NCBI GenBank assembly: GCA_965248055.1
Contig: CBDFIJ010000004.1
Span: 416,001-480,000, forward strand
Source of the DNA: Candidatus Multivoradales bacterium
GTDB lineage: Bacteria; Acidobacteriota; Thermoanaerobaculia; Multivoradales; JAHEKO01
DNA length: 64,000 nucleotides
Reading direction: 5' to 3'
A program made the translations under genes and the position numbers. Position 1 is the stretch's first letter; every line of letters begins with the position of its first letter. Below are positions 1 to 9,457 of the stretch, one piece after another. Under the pieces are notes generated by a model, which made no database searches, was not told the DNA's origin, and was given only the letters and a program-made list of their open reading frames with translations.

Positions 1-520
1 TAGGCTGTCCCATCACCACAGAATCGCCACCGGTAATCGGCTCCCCCTCTTGTCGATCACGGCTGGAGCGCCCTGCCATCAGAGCCAAGGCCACGACTGC
101 GGTGGAAATCGCGATCCCCCAGGCGAAGCCTGCCCAGGCAGATCGCCGCAGCGGTGCCGCTACCGGGGGCTCAGCACTCTCGGCTTGATGCGCCGATCCT
201 TTGGAGGCTGCGAGCGAAGCATCCTTGCTTGGCCCCCCGAGAGACTGACCCCCAAGAGACTGGGCCCCGAGCGATTCCATTTCTCGCAACACGCGAGCGG
301 CTGCTAACTCCAGGTCACCACGATCTTGATCGGTCAGATCGGAGGTGCGCAATCGGGCCAGCAGTCGATCGCGTTCGCGCTCTAGCTCGGCCATGCGGTG
401 CTGCGCGTCGACGACCGACGCAATCTGTCCCGCGCTGACTCCCTGGCGACTGCGCCAAACCAAGAATCCACCCAGGAGCAAACCCAGCAGGACCACCAAC
501 AGACCCCATTGCATTGGCAT
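1..520 (-). CDS. CcmI/CycH-like membrane-anchored cytochrome c biogenesis protein (partial, runs off window start)
   Basis: Not in ORF track. ATG at 520 after GGGAGAG; reads MPMQWGLLVVLLGLLLGGFLVWR...LERERDRLLARLR...second TM (AWAGFAWGIAISTAVVALAL); open to base 1; directly follows ccmH. Confidence 0.6.
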   Translation of the reverse strand, partial: MPMQWGLLVVLLGLLLGGFLVWRSRQGVSAGQIASVVDAQHRMAELERERDRLLARLRTSDLTDQDRGDLELAAARVLREMESLGAQSLGGQSLGGPSKDASLAASKGSAHQAESAEPPVAAPLRRSAWAGFAWGIAISTAVVALALMAGRSSRDRQEGEPITGGDSVVMGQP

Positions 521-536
521 TAGCCGCTCTCTCCCA

Positions 537-1064
537 TCACTCGACCTCGCGGCGCACTTGCTCCAAGTACTGAGAAAGATCTTCTTCTTCAGCAAGCCCG
601 GCACCACGGCGCGCTCTGAGAGTCAGCCATGCTGCCGCCAAGACCAGCGCCACCAACGGTAGCAACCAGGCAATCAAGTTGAAGCCCACTGGCTTCGGAG
701 CCAGGCGAATGAACTCGCCGTACGAGGCTTCAAAGTAACGTAGGATTTGATCTTCACTGTACCCCGCCGCCAGCAGCCCTCGTACCCGACCCTTCATCGC
801 CACCGCAGCGGGGGTTGGCGAGTCAGCGACCGATAGACCCTGGCATACCGGACAACGCATCTCGGCGGATACCTCTTCGGCGCGCTGCTTGAGGCGTGCG
901 CCTTCCATCGGCTCAGATTCAGGATGGCCTAAAAGAGTTCGTTCTGAAGCGCTGAGTGCGTTCTCAACGTCAATCGCCTCTGCAGACTGAGCAACCAGTC
1001 CTGAAACAGCGAACACTGTGCAGATGACGGCAACGCTCAGAATCAAGCTTCGACGGCCAAACAC
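537..1064 (-). CDS. ccmH: Cytochrome c-type biogenesis protein CcmH
   Basis: MRCPVCQGLSVADS motif, YGEFIRLAP, C-terminal TM; ccm operon context. Confidence 0.93.
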   Translation of the reverse strand: MFGRRSLILSVAVICTVFAVSGLVAQSAEAIDVENALSASERTLLGHPESEPMEGARLKQRAEEVSAEMRCPVCQGLSVADSPTPAAVAMKGRVRGLLAAGYSEDQILRYFEASYGEFIRLAPKPVGFNLIAWLLPLVALVLAAAWLTLRARRGAGLAEEEDLSQYLEQVRREVE

Positions 1065-1576
1065 TAGAGCAGCTCTCCCAGCAAGGCGCTCACCCGGCCC
1101 TCGTCCAGTTGGCCGGTTATTTTGCGCACCACCGTTCCGTTGGTATCGATCAAGAAGGTCTCTGGAGCACCATAGACACCGTAACGAATGGCGACCAACG
1201 ATTCGGGATCCACCAACGTGCTACCCCAAGTACCTCGCTGCGCCAAAAAGGAACGGATCGGCGCCTCTTCATCGTGGTAGATGATTCCGAGAAACTCCAC
1301 CCGGCCCTCAAATCGCTGCGCCAAACGCTGCAAGCTGTCGTGCTCGGCGATACAGGGCTGGCACCAGGTTGCCCAAAAGTTGATCAGCACCGGCTTGCCG
1401 TGCAAGGCTGGCAAACTCACCGAATCGCCATCCAAACCAAGCAACTCAAATTCTGGCGCTGGCTTGTCGAGCAGCGGCGAAATCACCCGCCGCGGATCGC
1501 GACCAAACCCCTGCGCCAAGACTGCCACCAAGGCAAGCAGCGAAACAACCCCCAAAATCAAAACCTTACGATTCAT
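1064..1576 (-). CDS. ccmG: Thiol:disulfide oxidoreductase CcmG/DsbE (TlpA-like)
   Basis: NFWATWCQPC, YGVYGAPETF; start reassigned to MNRK at 1576 (ATGA overlap with ccmF stop). Confidence 0.9.
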   Translation of the reverse strand: MNRKVLILGVVSLLALVAVLAQGFGRDPRRVISPLLDKPAPEFELLGLDGDSVSLPALHGKPVLINFWATWCQPCIAEHDSLQRLAQRFEGRVEFLGIIYHDEEAPIRSFLAQRGTWGSTLVDPESLVAIRYGVYGAPETFLIDTNGTVVRKITGQLDEGRVSALLGELL

Positions 1577-3522
1577 GCTGGCTGTTTCCTGCGCCCCGCC
1601 GGAAGCAGAGCCAGCAGAGTACCCAGTACTAAAATAATGGAACCGATCCAAATCCAGACGACACCCGGGGTGACGATCGCCCGCAAGCCAACACTGTTGT
1701 CGCCCACGCTCATCACCGTCAGGTAGAGGTCATGGGTCAAAGTGGTGCGCACCGCCGGAGTGCCAATCGGCTCGCGCATGGTCCGGTAGTGGTTAAGTGC
1801 CGGTTCCAAGGACCCCAAGTCACGGGCGCCGCGAGAAACCGCCACCTTGGCCACCTGTGCGTCCAGATGAGCCTCCTCGCGCCAAAACAATTCAGTCGGC
1901 TGAATCTGATAGCCACCGACTTCAAGCTGTTCGCCGATCGCCACTACCCGCTCGGCCGATTGTTGACTCATCGACGAGATCGCCACCGCGGCGAAGGTAA
2001 CAATTAACCCCAAGTGGGCAACGTAGCCACCGACCCGGGCCGGGGATCGCCGGGTCGACTCGACCACCGCCGTAGCCACCCCTTCGCCTTTGCGCCTTCG
2101 CCGCATCGAGGGCAAAACCAGTTCCCGAACCGTGACCACCAGCGCTAACGCGCAGGCACCCAGTGTTGAAGCAATCGCCCAGCCGGTGCCAGCGAAAACC
2201 AGGACCACCGCAGACAACACGCCAACCGCCAAAGCCACGGTCAAGGTGCGGCGGGCGTCAGCGATCCGTCCGCCGCCCCAGGGTAACGCCGGGCCCCAGG
2301 CCATCAACAGCAACAAGGCAAAGAACATCGGCACCGCCATACGGTTGAAGTAGGGCTCTCCGACGCTCACTTTGACCCCCTGCACCGCCTCTTTGAGAAT
2401 CGGAAACAAGGTGCCCACCAAAACCGTGAAGGTCATGCCGACCAAGATCAGGTTGTTCCACAGAAAAGCGTTTTCTCGGGAATCAGCGCGGAAGCGGGAG
2501 CTGCCCGCCTCCAGTTTGTCCACCCGCATCGCCAGCAACCCAACCACACCGACACCGATGACTCCGAGAAAACCCAAAAACAGCGGGCCAATCGGACTTT
2601 GGGTAAACGAATGCACCGAATTGACCACTCCCGAGCGGGTCAAGAAAGTGCCCAAAATGGTCAACAAGAAGGTCACCATCACCAACACCACGGTCCAAGC
2701 TTTGAGTGACCCCTTGCGCCGCATCACGATCGCCGAATGAACCGCGGCAATCGCGGTCAACCACGGTAAGAAGGAAGCGTTTTCCACCGGGTCCCACGCC
2801 CAGTAGCCACCCCAACCCAAGACCTCGTAGGACCACCAGCCACCGAGCATGATGCCAGTGGTCAAAAAGGCGGTGGGCAACAGCAACCAGTAGCGCAGTT
2901 GATCGCCCCAGTCTGGGCCCATCTTGCCCGCCGCCAAGGCGGCGACGCCAATGGCAAACGGAATCGTCATACCGACGTAGCCGAGATAGAGCATCGGCGG
3001 ATGGATGATCATCAGCAGATGATTTTGCAGTAGCGGATTGGGGCCCGGCCCATCGCTCGGGACTCCACCAGCGGTGGGGACGAACGGATCCGCGGGGCCC
3101 GCCAACAAGAATGAGAAAAACAGCCCCACCAGCAACATCGCGGACAGCGCGTAGCCCATGTAAGGCTCGGCCTCGGCGCTCTTGCGGCGGGCGAAGAATG
3201 CCGCGTAGACCCCGAGAACCATCGCCCAAAAAAGGATCGACCCTTCGAGCGACGACCACAGAGAGACAATGGTGATGTGCAGCGGGGTCGCCAAGGAACC
3301 CACCTGAGCTACATAGGAAACCGAGAAGTCATGGGTGACCAGAGCGATCTCCATCACCAGCACCGCGGCAATGGTGCAAAACGAGAATGCAGCGACCGCC
3401 CAGCGGGTCTTCGACAAAACCGTCTGCGCCCCACTGCGACCGGCCCACCAACCCAGGGGGATGCCGACGGCGCAAGATAGAAGCGCCCCGAATTCGAGGC
3501 CACGGCCGATCAGCGACAGCAT
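1573..3522 (-). CDS. ccmF: Heme lyase CcmF
   Basis: WGGYWAWDPVEN WWD motif, HPPMLYLGY, TRSGVVNSVHSF; likely start MLSL at 3522. Confidence 0.96.
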   Translation of the reverse strand: MLSLIGRGLEFGALLSCAVGIPLGWWAGRSGAQTVLSKTRWAVAAFSFCTIAAVLVMEIALVTHDFSVSYVAQVGSLATPLHITIVSLWSSLEGSILFWAMVLGVYAAFFARRKSAEAEPYMGYALSAMLLVGLFFSFLLAGPADPFVPTAGGVPSDGPGPNPLLQNHLLMIIHPPMLYLGYVGMTIPFAIGVAALAAGKMGPDWGDQLRYWLLLPTAFLTTGIMLGGWWSYEVLGWGGYWAWDPVENASFLPWLTAIAAVHSAIVMRRKGSLKAWTVVLVMVTFLLTILGTFLTRSGVVNSVHSFTQSPIGPLFLGFLGVIGVGVVGLLAMRVDKLEAGSSRFRADSRENAFLWNNLILVGMTFTVLVGTLFPILKEAVQGVKVSVGEPYFNRMAVPMFFALLLLMAWGPALPWGGGRIADARRTLTVALAVGVLSAVVLVFAGTGWAIASTLGACALALVVTVRELVLPSMRRRRKGEGVATAVVESTRRSPARVGGYVAHLGLIVTFAAVAISSMSQQSAERVVAIGEQLEVGGYQIQPTELFWREEAHLDAQVAKVAVSRGARDLGSLEPALNHYRTMREPIGTPAVRTTLTHDLYLTVMSVGDNSVGLRAIVTPGVVWIWIGSIILVLGTLLALLPAGRRKQPA

Positions 3523-3553
3523 CAGCCTGACCTTCTCATCAGGGTTCGAGTCA

Positions 3554-3673
3554 GAATGCTGCAAACGCCTGGAGATACAAGGCTTGCGACCGAGGGCGAC
3601 GCAGGCGTAGCCGTAGCTACAGCGAGGAGCACGACGGAGCGTAACGCAGTAGATTCAGATGTTGGCAGCATTC
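3554..3673. repeat. ~120-bp palindromic (MITE/RPE-like) element between ccmE and ccmF
   Basis: Terminal inverted repeats GAATGCTGCAAAC / GTTGGCAGCATTC (12 of 13 match); central hairpin GTAGC-CGTA-GCTAC. Confidence 0.7.
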
Positions 3674-3701
3674 GGGATGGAGGCTGGTGAGAAAGACGAG
3701 G

Positions 3702-4148
3702 CTAAATCTCGTCTTCCAGTGTGCGGGATAGTTCCTCTACCGAGGACTCCCCCATGCCCTCGGGGGCTTGGTATTGGTTATCGTGTTTGACCATCAAGCG
3801 GTCGGTTTGGAACCGACCGTCGTCACCGACCTTGCCCTCCACAACCACGCCAATGTTTTCGCGAAACATGGCAGGAGGCACGCTCTGGGTAGTCACCGGG
3901 ATCGAGGCCGCACCGTCGGTGACGCGAAAGCTCAGAGTTAGGCCGTCCTCGTGGCGGCTGACCGAACCTTCTTCCACCAAACCGCCCAGGCGAATGGTCG
4001 CCCCCTTGGCGGCATTGCCCTGAGCCTGCAGTTCGCTGGGCGACCAGTAGTAGACCAAGTTCTCACCCACGCCGCCGAGCGCCAACACCGCGACGATCCC
4101 GGCCACCAACACCAGGGCTGCGATCAAGGCCAAACGATTCCTGCTCAT
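3702..4148 (-). CDS. ccmE: Heme chaperone CcmE
   Basis: IRLGGLV, FRENIGVVVEG, KHDNQY heme-binding HxxxY motif; start MSRN at 4148. Confidence 0.95.
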   Translation of the reverse strand: MSRNRLALIAALVLVAGIVAVLALGGVGENLVYYWSPSELQAQGNAAKGATIRLGGLVEEGSVSRHEDGLTLSFRVTDGAASIPVTTQSVPPAMFRENIGVVVEGKVGDDGRFQTDRLMVKHDNQYQAPEGMGESSVEELSRTLEDEI

Positions 4149-4282
4149 CGTCGGTCCCCTTTGCGGCTGGAGTTCCGCAGCCTGCGCCGCAAACTGATTC
4201 CGTAGCCGAGCAGACCGACTGCGGTCACCAGGTAAGCCGCGATGACAAAGTTCCAACCACCGGCAATCACACCTTCAGGCAT
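4145..4282 (-). CDS. ccmD: Heme exporter protein CcmD (45 aa)
   Basis: Below ORF-track cutoff. MPEGVIAGGWNFVIAAYLVTAVGLLGYGISLRRRLRNSSRKGDRR: one TM with FVxxAY and a basic tail; overlaps ccmC stop and ccmE start. Confidence 0.85.
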   Translation of the reverse strand: MPEGVIAGGWNFVIAAYLVTAVGLLGYGISLRRRLRNSSRKGDRR

Positions 4283-4949
4283 CGATCAACTCTCCTTCTA
4301 GCTCAAAACTCTGGTTGTCGCGCCGCCGCTGGGCCAACAGTGCACGCGCTCCGGCGTAGAAAATGGCGATCCCGAGCATGCCAAACGCCGACAGCCTCAA
4401 AGGGATGACCATCTGGGGGTCCAAGGTATTGGGGGTTGATTGCACCTGGTGCAAGCTGCGCCACCAACGCACACAAAAGTAGACCAGCGGCACATCGGCA
4501 AAAGCAAAGATGGCCGCCACTGCGGTCCATGACGCCTGACGCTGGCGCTCGGTGACAAACGAGCGCAATGCCAAGACCCCGGCAAACAGAAAGGCCATGA
4601 TCAAGGAGGTGGTCAACCGCACGTCCCAGTCCCACCACACTCCCCAGGTGGCCTTGCCCCAGATCATTCCTTGGATCAGCAGCAGGACATTGAACAGCAG
4701 CCCCACCTCGACCCATCCGACCATCCAATCTTCGCGTTGAGGTTTTCCGCCCCACAAGAACAGGCAGGCGAAGATCATGCCGATGGTGTAACTCAGCATC
4801 GCCACCCAGGCAGTCGGCACGTGGGCATACATGATCCGCATCACGTCCCCCATGTGGCGTTCTGCCGGTGCGATGGCCAAGCCGTAATACCAGCCCACCG
4901 CCAGCAGCACCAAACCCAAACCGCCAACCACTCCAATCCATTTCTTCAT
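4275..4949 (-). CDS. ccmC: Heme exporter CcmC
   Basis: YAHVPTAW, WGKATWGVWWDWDVRLT, WWRSLHQ. Confidence 0.95.
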   Translation of the reverse strand: MKKWIGVVGGLGLVLLAVGWYYGLAIAPAERHMGDVMRIMYAHVPTAWVAMLSYTIGMIFACLFLWGGKPQREDWMVGWVEVGLLFNVLLLIQGMIWGKATWGVWWDWDVRLTTSLIMAFLFAGVLALRSFVTERQRQASWTAVAAIFAFADVPLVYFCVRWWRSLHQVQSTPNTLDPQMVIPLRLSAFGMLGIAIFYAGARALLAQRRRDNQSFELEGELIDA

Positions 4950-5639
4950 TTATCGACCATCCTCAAGAATTGCAGCAAAAAGTACCGTACCCAGGATCCA
5001 GTAGACCGCATTGAAGGCAAACAAGAAGCCGATCCAAGATCCCAGTTGGCTCATCGGATCGCCATCAATGGCCAGTCCGAAAGCCCGAGAAGATCCTAAC
5101 AATACCGGCACCACAAGAGGGAAAAGAAGCACCGGTAGCAGCACGTCGCGCGCCACTGTCCGGTTGGACATCGCCGCGTACAAAGTCCCGGGCGCCGCCA
5201 ACCCGGTGGAAGTCAGCAACCACAACAAAGCCACTGAGCCGATCGAACTCCAGGACGGCGTGAGATCAAAAAATACCGTGGCGGCGAGAAACAGCGGTGG
5301 ACCCAAAGCCACCAAGATCAGAGAGTTGGCAATCGCCTTACCCAAAAACACCGCCGCCGGCGATACCCCGAGCAGGCGCAGGCCCAAAATTCCGCGCTGC
5401 TCTTCTTCTTGTCGAAAAGACTCGTTGAGAGTCAAGACGCTGGCTGACAACAGGGAGAACGCCAGGAGGCCACCGGCCAGTTCTCGCAATAGCTTGGCGT
5501 TGGGACCAACAGCAAAGGAAAACACCACTACCACCAGCAAAGCGAAGATCAGCACCGAGACCGCCCAACCACGCCGCCGCCAGGTGACCTTGAGGTCCTT
5601 GGCCAAGATTCGTCGGCACTGAGTCAGCCAAGAACTCAT
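4950..5639 (-). CDS. ccmB: Heme exporter CcmB
   Basis: Six hydrophobic segments, KDLKV start, LLPVLLFPLVVPVL; between ccmA and ccmC. Confidence 0.9.
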   Translation of the reverse strand: MSSWLTQCRRILAKDLKVTWRRRGWAVSVLIFALLVVVVFSFAVGPNAKLLRELAGGLLAFSLLSASVLTLNESFRQEEEQRGILGLRLLGVSPAAVFLGKAIANSLILVALGPPLFLAATVFFDLTPSWSSIGSVALLWLLTSTGLAAPGTLYAAMSNRTVARDVLLPVLLFPLVVPVLLGSSRAFGLAIDGDPMSQLGSWIGFLFAFNAVYWILGTVLFAAILEDGR

Positions 5640-6307
5640 GCGCGCACCTGGCGGGCGTGCATCTGGTTCAGATCCAAAACTTGATTCGCCAACGGTTCAA
5701 AGACTTCTCGCTGGTGGGTCGAGACCACCAAGGTCACGCGCTGCTCTCGCAAGCTCTGCCACAGACTCATGATCAGATTGCGACCATCGGCGTCGAGCGC
5801 CGACAACGGTTCGTCCCAGATCACCAACTCTGGCTCGACCATCAACGAGCGACACAGAGCCAGGCGCTTGCACATTCCGGCAGACAATCCAGCGACCGGA
5901 CGAGCAGCGGCGGCGGTAAGGCCCACCTGTTCCAAGAGTTCTGCGGTGGATCGCTGGGCGCCCACCACCGCGCGCCACAGATCCACCGTTTCGGCGACCT
6001 CTAACTGCGGATACAGGGCGTTGTCGTGAATCAGCGCGCCGATCCGCTTACGCTGCTTCTGACTTCCTTGCCTCGGATTAGCGCCAAAGACCCGAATCGA
6101 CCCGACGTCGGGGGAATCCAAACCCAAGATCAAACGCAACAAAGTCGACTTACCAGCACCGTTGCGCCCGACGACTAAGATCGACTCACCGTTGGAAACT
6201 TCGAAGGAAAGATTCTTGAGCGCCCACAGCGAACCGAAGCGACGACCTATCTGGTCAGCGGAAACGGCAAGCTCGGACTTTGCAATGGCGTGTGATGAAT
6301 GACTCAA
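5636..6307 (-). CDS. ccmA: Heme exporter ATP-binding protein CcmA
   Basis: Walker A GRNGAGKST, signature LSAGM, Walker B IWDEP; first gene of ccm operon. Confidence 0.9.
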   Translation of the reverse strand: MSHSSHAIAKSELAVSADQIGRRFGSLWALKNLSFEVSNGESILVVGRNGAGKSTLLRLILGLDSPDVGSIRVFGANPRQGSQKQRKRIGALIHDNALYPQLEVAETVDLWRAVVGAQRSTAELLEQVGLTAAAARPVAGLSAGMCKRLALCRSLMVEPELVIWDEPLSALDADGRNLIMSLWQSLREQRVTLVVSTHQREVFEPLANQVLDLNQMHARQVRA

Positions 6308-6420
6308 GGAGAAATCCAGTTACCTCTCAACCCTTGTGGCGAATATCCCATATCAAAGGTCAGTGAAAATCGCGGACCGTTTCCGCTTCGAAAACGACCG
6401 AATTCGACTATGATCATAGC

Positions 6421-7842
6421 GTGACTGAGTTGACGATTGTACATCGTTGGTTGGCGAATCCACGCTTTGGTTCGCCAGCCATCAACGTCACGCTCCTGCT
6501 CGCCAGCTCTTCTGTTGTTTGGGCCATCGATCACGCACCGGTGGTGGAGTTGGTTCCTCCTGAAGCGCCTGCGATCGGCGAAGTCACAGTCCTAGCCTTG
6601 GCTTGCGACGAGTCGATTCGTGAAGTCGGTTTTTGGCTCGACGGCAGCTTTGTCAGCGCCGATCGCACCCCTCCATTTGAACTCAAGACCGATCTTGGCG
6701 AGCAGGTTGCTAATCACACCGTCCGAGCGCTAGCGATCGATCGCCAGAAAGTGGTGGTTGGAGAAGATCACATCGAGCTCAATCGGCCGTTGCCCAAATT
6801 CGTCGCTGATTTTGAGCGCGGAGAAAATCGAATCCGGGTACACGCGCAAGCCGCTCCCGCAGCGCTAGTGCCGACCGGTTATCGAGTGTTTGCTGCAGCA
6901 ACTGAATTGACCCAAGTAGAGAGCCCAATACTCGAGCTAGAGATCGCCAATACGGCACTGGGCGACACGCCCTTCCTGCGTGTCGAAGCCAGCTACAAAA
7001 ACGGCGAACGGGTCGATCGTTTCTTGATTCTCCAAGAAGGATTTTCAGAAACCATCGAAGTCAACGAGGTGCAACTGTGGATCACCGTGGCGGATCGACT
7101 GGGGCGTCCGGTAGCGGACTTGAACCCCGATGACTTTCAGCTGCACGGCGCCAACATGGAAACCCAGATCCAGCGGGCCGATCCGGAGCCAGTCACACTC
7201 GCTCTGATCCTCGACGGCTCCTACAGCATGGCTTCTCAGAGGAAGTTCTTACGACCGGCCACCGAGGCATTGGCCACGGAAGTCCTGGGCGAGGACGACC
7301 GTTTGCTGTTGTTCGATGTTGCCTATCGCCCGCGGCTGTTAAATCCCAGTGGCGATCCCAAGGCGGTACCTGCGCTGCTCGATGACATGGTCAATGGTGG
7401 CGGCTCGGCTCTCTACGATTCCATCTATTTTGCGGTGCGCCAGCTAGAAAACACCCCCGGACCCAAGGGTCTGATTTTGCTCAGCGATGGGGTTGACGAA
7501 CACAGCCACACTAAAGCCGAGACGGTCGCCGCTGTCGCCTGGTCCGCAGGGGTTCCGGTTTTCTTGGTCAACGGCGAGCACCCCCGAGCCGGGCTCGATC
7601 GAATTCGCGCGATGAATCTGCGTAAGTTTGTCGAACGAACCGGAGGCCGCGCCTTCATGGCTTCGTCCTCGGCGTCGCAACAGGCGGCGATGTCGGTGGT
7701 GGTCGATCACCTGCGACAACACCGCTATGTGGCAGCGGTCAGTGCTCCGGCGGACTGGGATCTCGATCGCCTGCGCCAGATCACGGTCGAAGTTTCAAAC
7801 CCCGAACTCGAACCGAGGGTTTATCTCGGTCGAGGCGGTTGA
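6421..7842 (+). CDS. Ig-like + VWA domain protein (Acidobacterial VWFA-like)
   Basis: MIDAS DGSYS, SALYDSI, LLSDGVD, TGGRAF; N-terminal Ig-like segment; start uncertain. Confidence 0.8.
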   Translation: MTELTIVHRWLANPRFGSPAINVTLLLASSSVVWAIDHAPVVELVPPEAPAIGEVTVLALACDESIREVGFWLDGSFVSADRTPPFELKTDLGEQVANHTVRALAIDRQKVVVGEDHIELNRPLPKFVADFERGENRIRVHAQAAPAALVPTGYRVFAAATELTQVESPILELEIANTALGDTPFLRVEASYKNGERVDRFLILQEGFSETIEVNEVQLWITVADRLGRPVADLNPDDFQLHGANMETQIQRADPEPVTLALILDGSYSMASQRKFLRPATEALATEVLGEDDRLLLFDVAYRPRLLNPSGDPKAVPALLDDMVNGGGSALYDSIYFAVRQLENTPGPKGLILLSDGVDEHSHTKAETVAAVAWSAGVPVFLVNGEHPRAGLDRIRAMNLRKFVERTGGRAFMASSSASQQAAMSVVVDHLRQHRYVAAVSAPADWDLDRLRQITVEVSNPELEPRVYLGRGG

Positions 7843-7865
7843 CCCGCAATCGCCAGCGCTTATGA

Positions 7866-8414
7866 CTAGAGCTGCTGTTTCTTGGGGCCGAGAATCATCA
7901 CCATTTGGCGTGACTCCAACCGACCGCGGGTTTCAACATCCGCCACGTCAGCCAAGCTCTCAGTAACTCGATCCAGAATGTCCTCACCCAATTCCGGGCG
8001 CCTCAACTGGCGATAGAGGAAAAAGATCGTCACTTTGACTTTCTTCCCCTGCTCCAAGAATCGGCGCGCGCGCTTGGTCTTGATCTCAAAGTCATGCTTG
8101 TCGATGCTGGGCCGGTACTTAACCTGCTTGACGTCGACCGTATGGGTCTTTTTCCGGGCTTCACGAGCTTGCTTTTCTCGCTCGTACTTGAGTTTTCCCC
8201 AGTCAAGGATCTTGACTACGGGGGGATTGGCCTCGGGTCCAACCTCGACTAGGTCGAGGCCGACATCTTTGGCCATCTGAAGGGCTTGGTCCACCGGGAC
8301 CACGCCAACTTGCTCACCAGCAGCGCCGATCAGGCGCACTGGACTCTTTCGAATACGGTGGTTCATGCGCGGTCCCTGCACTGAGGGACTGCGAAAAGGG
8401 GGGCGTCTACTAAT
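7866..8414 (-). CDS. infC: Translation initiation factor IF-3
   Basis: LDLVEV, PPVVKILDWGKLKYE, KVKVTIFF; in-frame ATT at 8414 downstream of AGGAG. Confidence 0.95.
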   Translation of the reverse strand: MSRRPPFRSPSVQGPRMNHRIRKSPVRLIGAAGEQVGVVPVDQALQMAKDVGLDLVEVGPEANPPVVKILDWGKLKYEREKQAREARKKTHTVDVKQVKYRPSIDKHDFEIKTKRARRFLEQGKKVKVTIFFLYRQLRRPELGEDILDRVTESLADVADVETRGRLESRQMVMILGPKKQQL

Positions 8415-8546
8415 GGTTCATATCTCCTATGTCCATCAACGGATCACGAGTAACTGAGAGGCGCGGGTGGACAAGGTCAAACGACAACGCAGGACGCGCA
8501 GTCGATGTCATCTAGGGGAGTGCTAAGCACTTTCTTCACGCTGCAA

Positions 8547-8555
8547 ATCATAACA
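8547..8555 (-). promoter_or_regulatory. Putative extended -10 promoter for infC
   Basis: TGTTATGAT (TGn-TATGAT) on minus strand ~130 bp upstream of infC. Confidence 0.4.
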
Positions 8556-8566
8556 CAGTGAGGCTC

Positions 8567-9082
8567 TCAAACCGTGAGGTTGACCACCGGGCCAAGACGT
8601 TCCAACGGTGGATCTGGCGCCACCAAACTCGCCAACTCCGACAGCGATCGATCGCATCCCGCAACAATCAAATCTGGACACAGCTCAGACGCTGGAATCA
8701 ATGAAAACGCATTCTTTAGGAAAACAATGTCTGGAATGGCAAGCCCCGCGTTGAGGTTGTTAATCGAGACCTCACCATAGATCAGCAGGTCCAAGTCGAC
8801 CGTCCGCGGAGCGTTTACATTGGCGCAACGGGTTCTGCCCAAATCAGCTTCGATCGATCGCAGTACGTCGAACTTGAACTCGAAGGGTCCCAGGTCTGTG
8901 TTTCCCACCGCGACCCAATTGATAAACCGCGGCGCGTCAGTGCAGCCAACCGCCGCGGATCGATACGCCGCCGATAATCGAAGATCCGACAGACATTGTG
9001 ACAGCGCCTCGGCAGCCGCACGGGAGTTCTTCTCTGGCTCCAAATTGGAACCAAACAAGACCAGAACTTGAGTTGTTTCCAC
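8567..9082 (-). CDS. folK: 2-amino-4-hydroxy-6-hydroxymethyldihydropteridine diphosphokinase
   Basis: FGSNL, IEADLGR, NAPRTVDLDLL. Confidence 0.9.
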   Translation of the reverse strand: METTQVLVLFGSNLEPEKNSRAAAEALSQCLSDLRLSAAYRSAAVGCTDAPRFINWVAVGNTDLGPFEFKFDVLRSIEADLGRTRCANVNAPRTVDLDLLIYGEVSINNLNAGLAIPDIVFLKNAFSLIPASELCPDLIVAGCDRSLSELASLVAPDPPLERLGPVVNLTV

Positions 9083-9084
9083 GA

Positions 9085-9447
9085 TTAGAAATCCGCCGCG
9101 CTGCGCTCGATCTCGACCCCCACTGATCGGGCAAAGCGCAACGCACCTGGCTTTTCCACCCGTACCTTAGCTCGTTCGGCGTGAAATTCCTGGATCGCGA
9201 TGCGGGCAATCTCTGCGGCCAACTTCTCGACCAGAAAGTAGGAGGACTCCTCAGCTAACTGCAAGATGCGCTTGGTCAAGGTGCGGTAGTTGAGGGTCTG
9301 CGCCACGTCGTCGCTGGCCGCCGCTGATCGGGTATCAAAGGTCAGTTGCAAGTTAAGCAGAACGTCCTGGCGGTTCTCTCGCTCCCAGTCGTTGATGCCG
9401 AGAATCGTTCGCACCAGCAAGTCTCGAATCAAGATTTGGTCTTGCAT
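9085..9447 (-). CDS. folB: Dihydroneopterin aldolase / FolX-like epimerase
   Basis: GINDWER, LNYRTL, LVEKLA, VEKPGALRFARSVGVEIER. Confidence 0.9.
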   Translation of the reverse strand: MQDQILIRDLLVRTILGINDWERENRQDVLLNLQLTFDTRSAAASDDVAQTLNYRTLTKRILQLAEESSYFLVEKLAAEIARIAIQEFHAERAKVRVEKPGALRFARSVGVEIERSAADF

Positions 9448-9457
9448 CGATATCCCT

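Noticed and set aside
3541-3553. GGTTCGAGTC T-loop-like motif (also GGTTCGATAC at ~38877)
   Set aside because: No cloverleaf or acceptor stem around it; not a tRNA or att remnant.
8500-8535. GAGTGCTAA CIRCE half-site upstream of infC
   Set aside because: No TTAGCACTC at the 9-bp spacing; only a short local palindrome.
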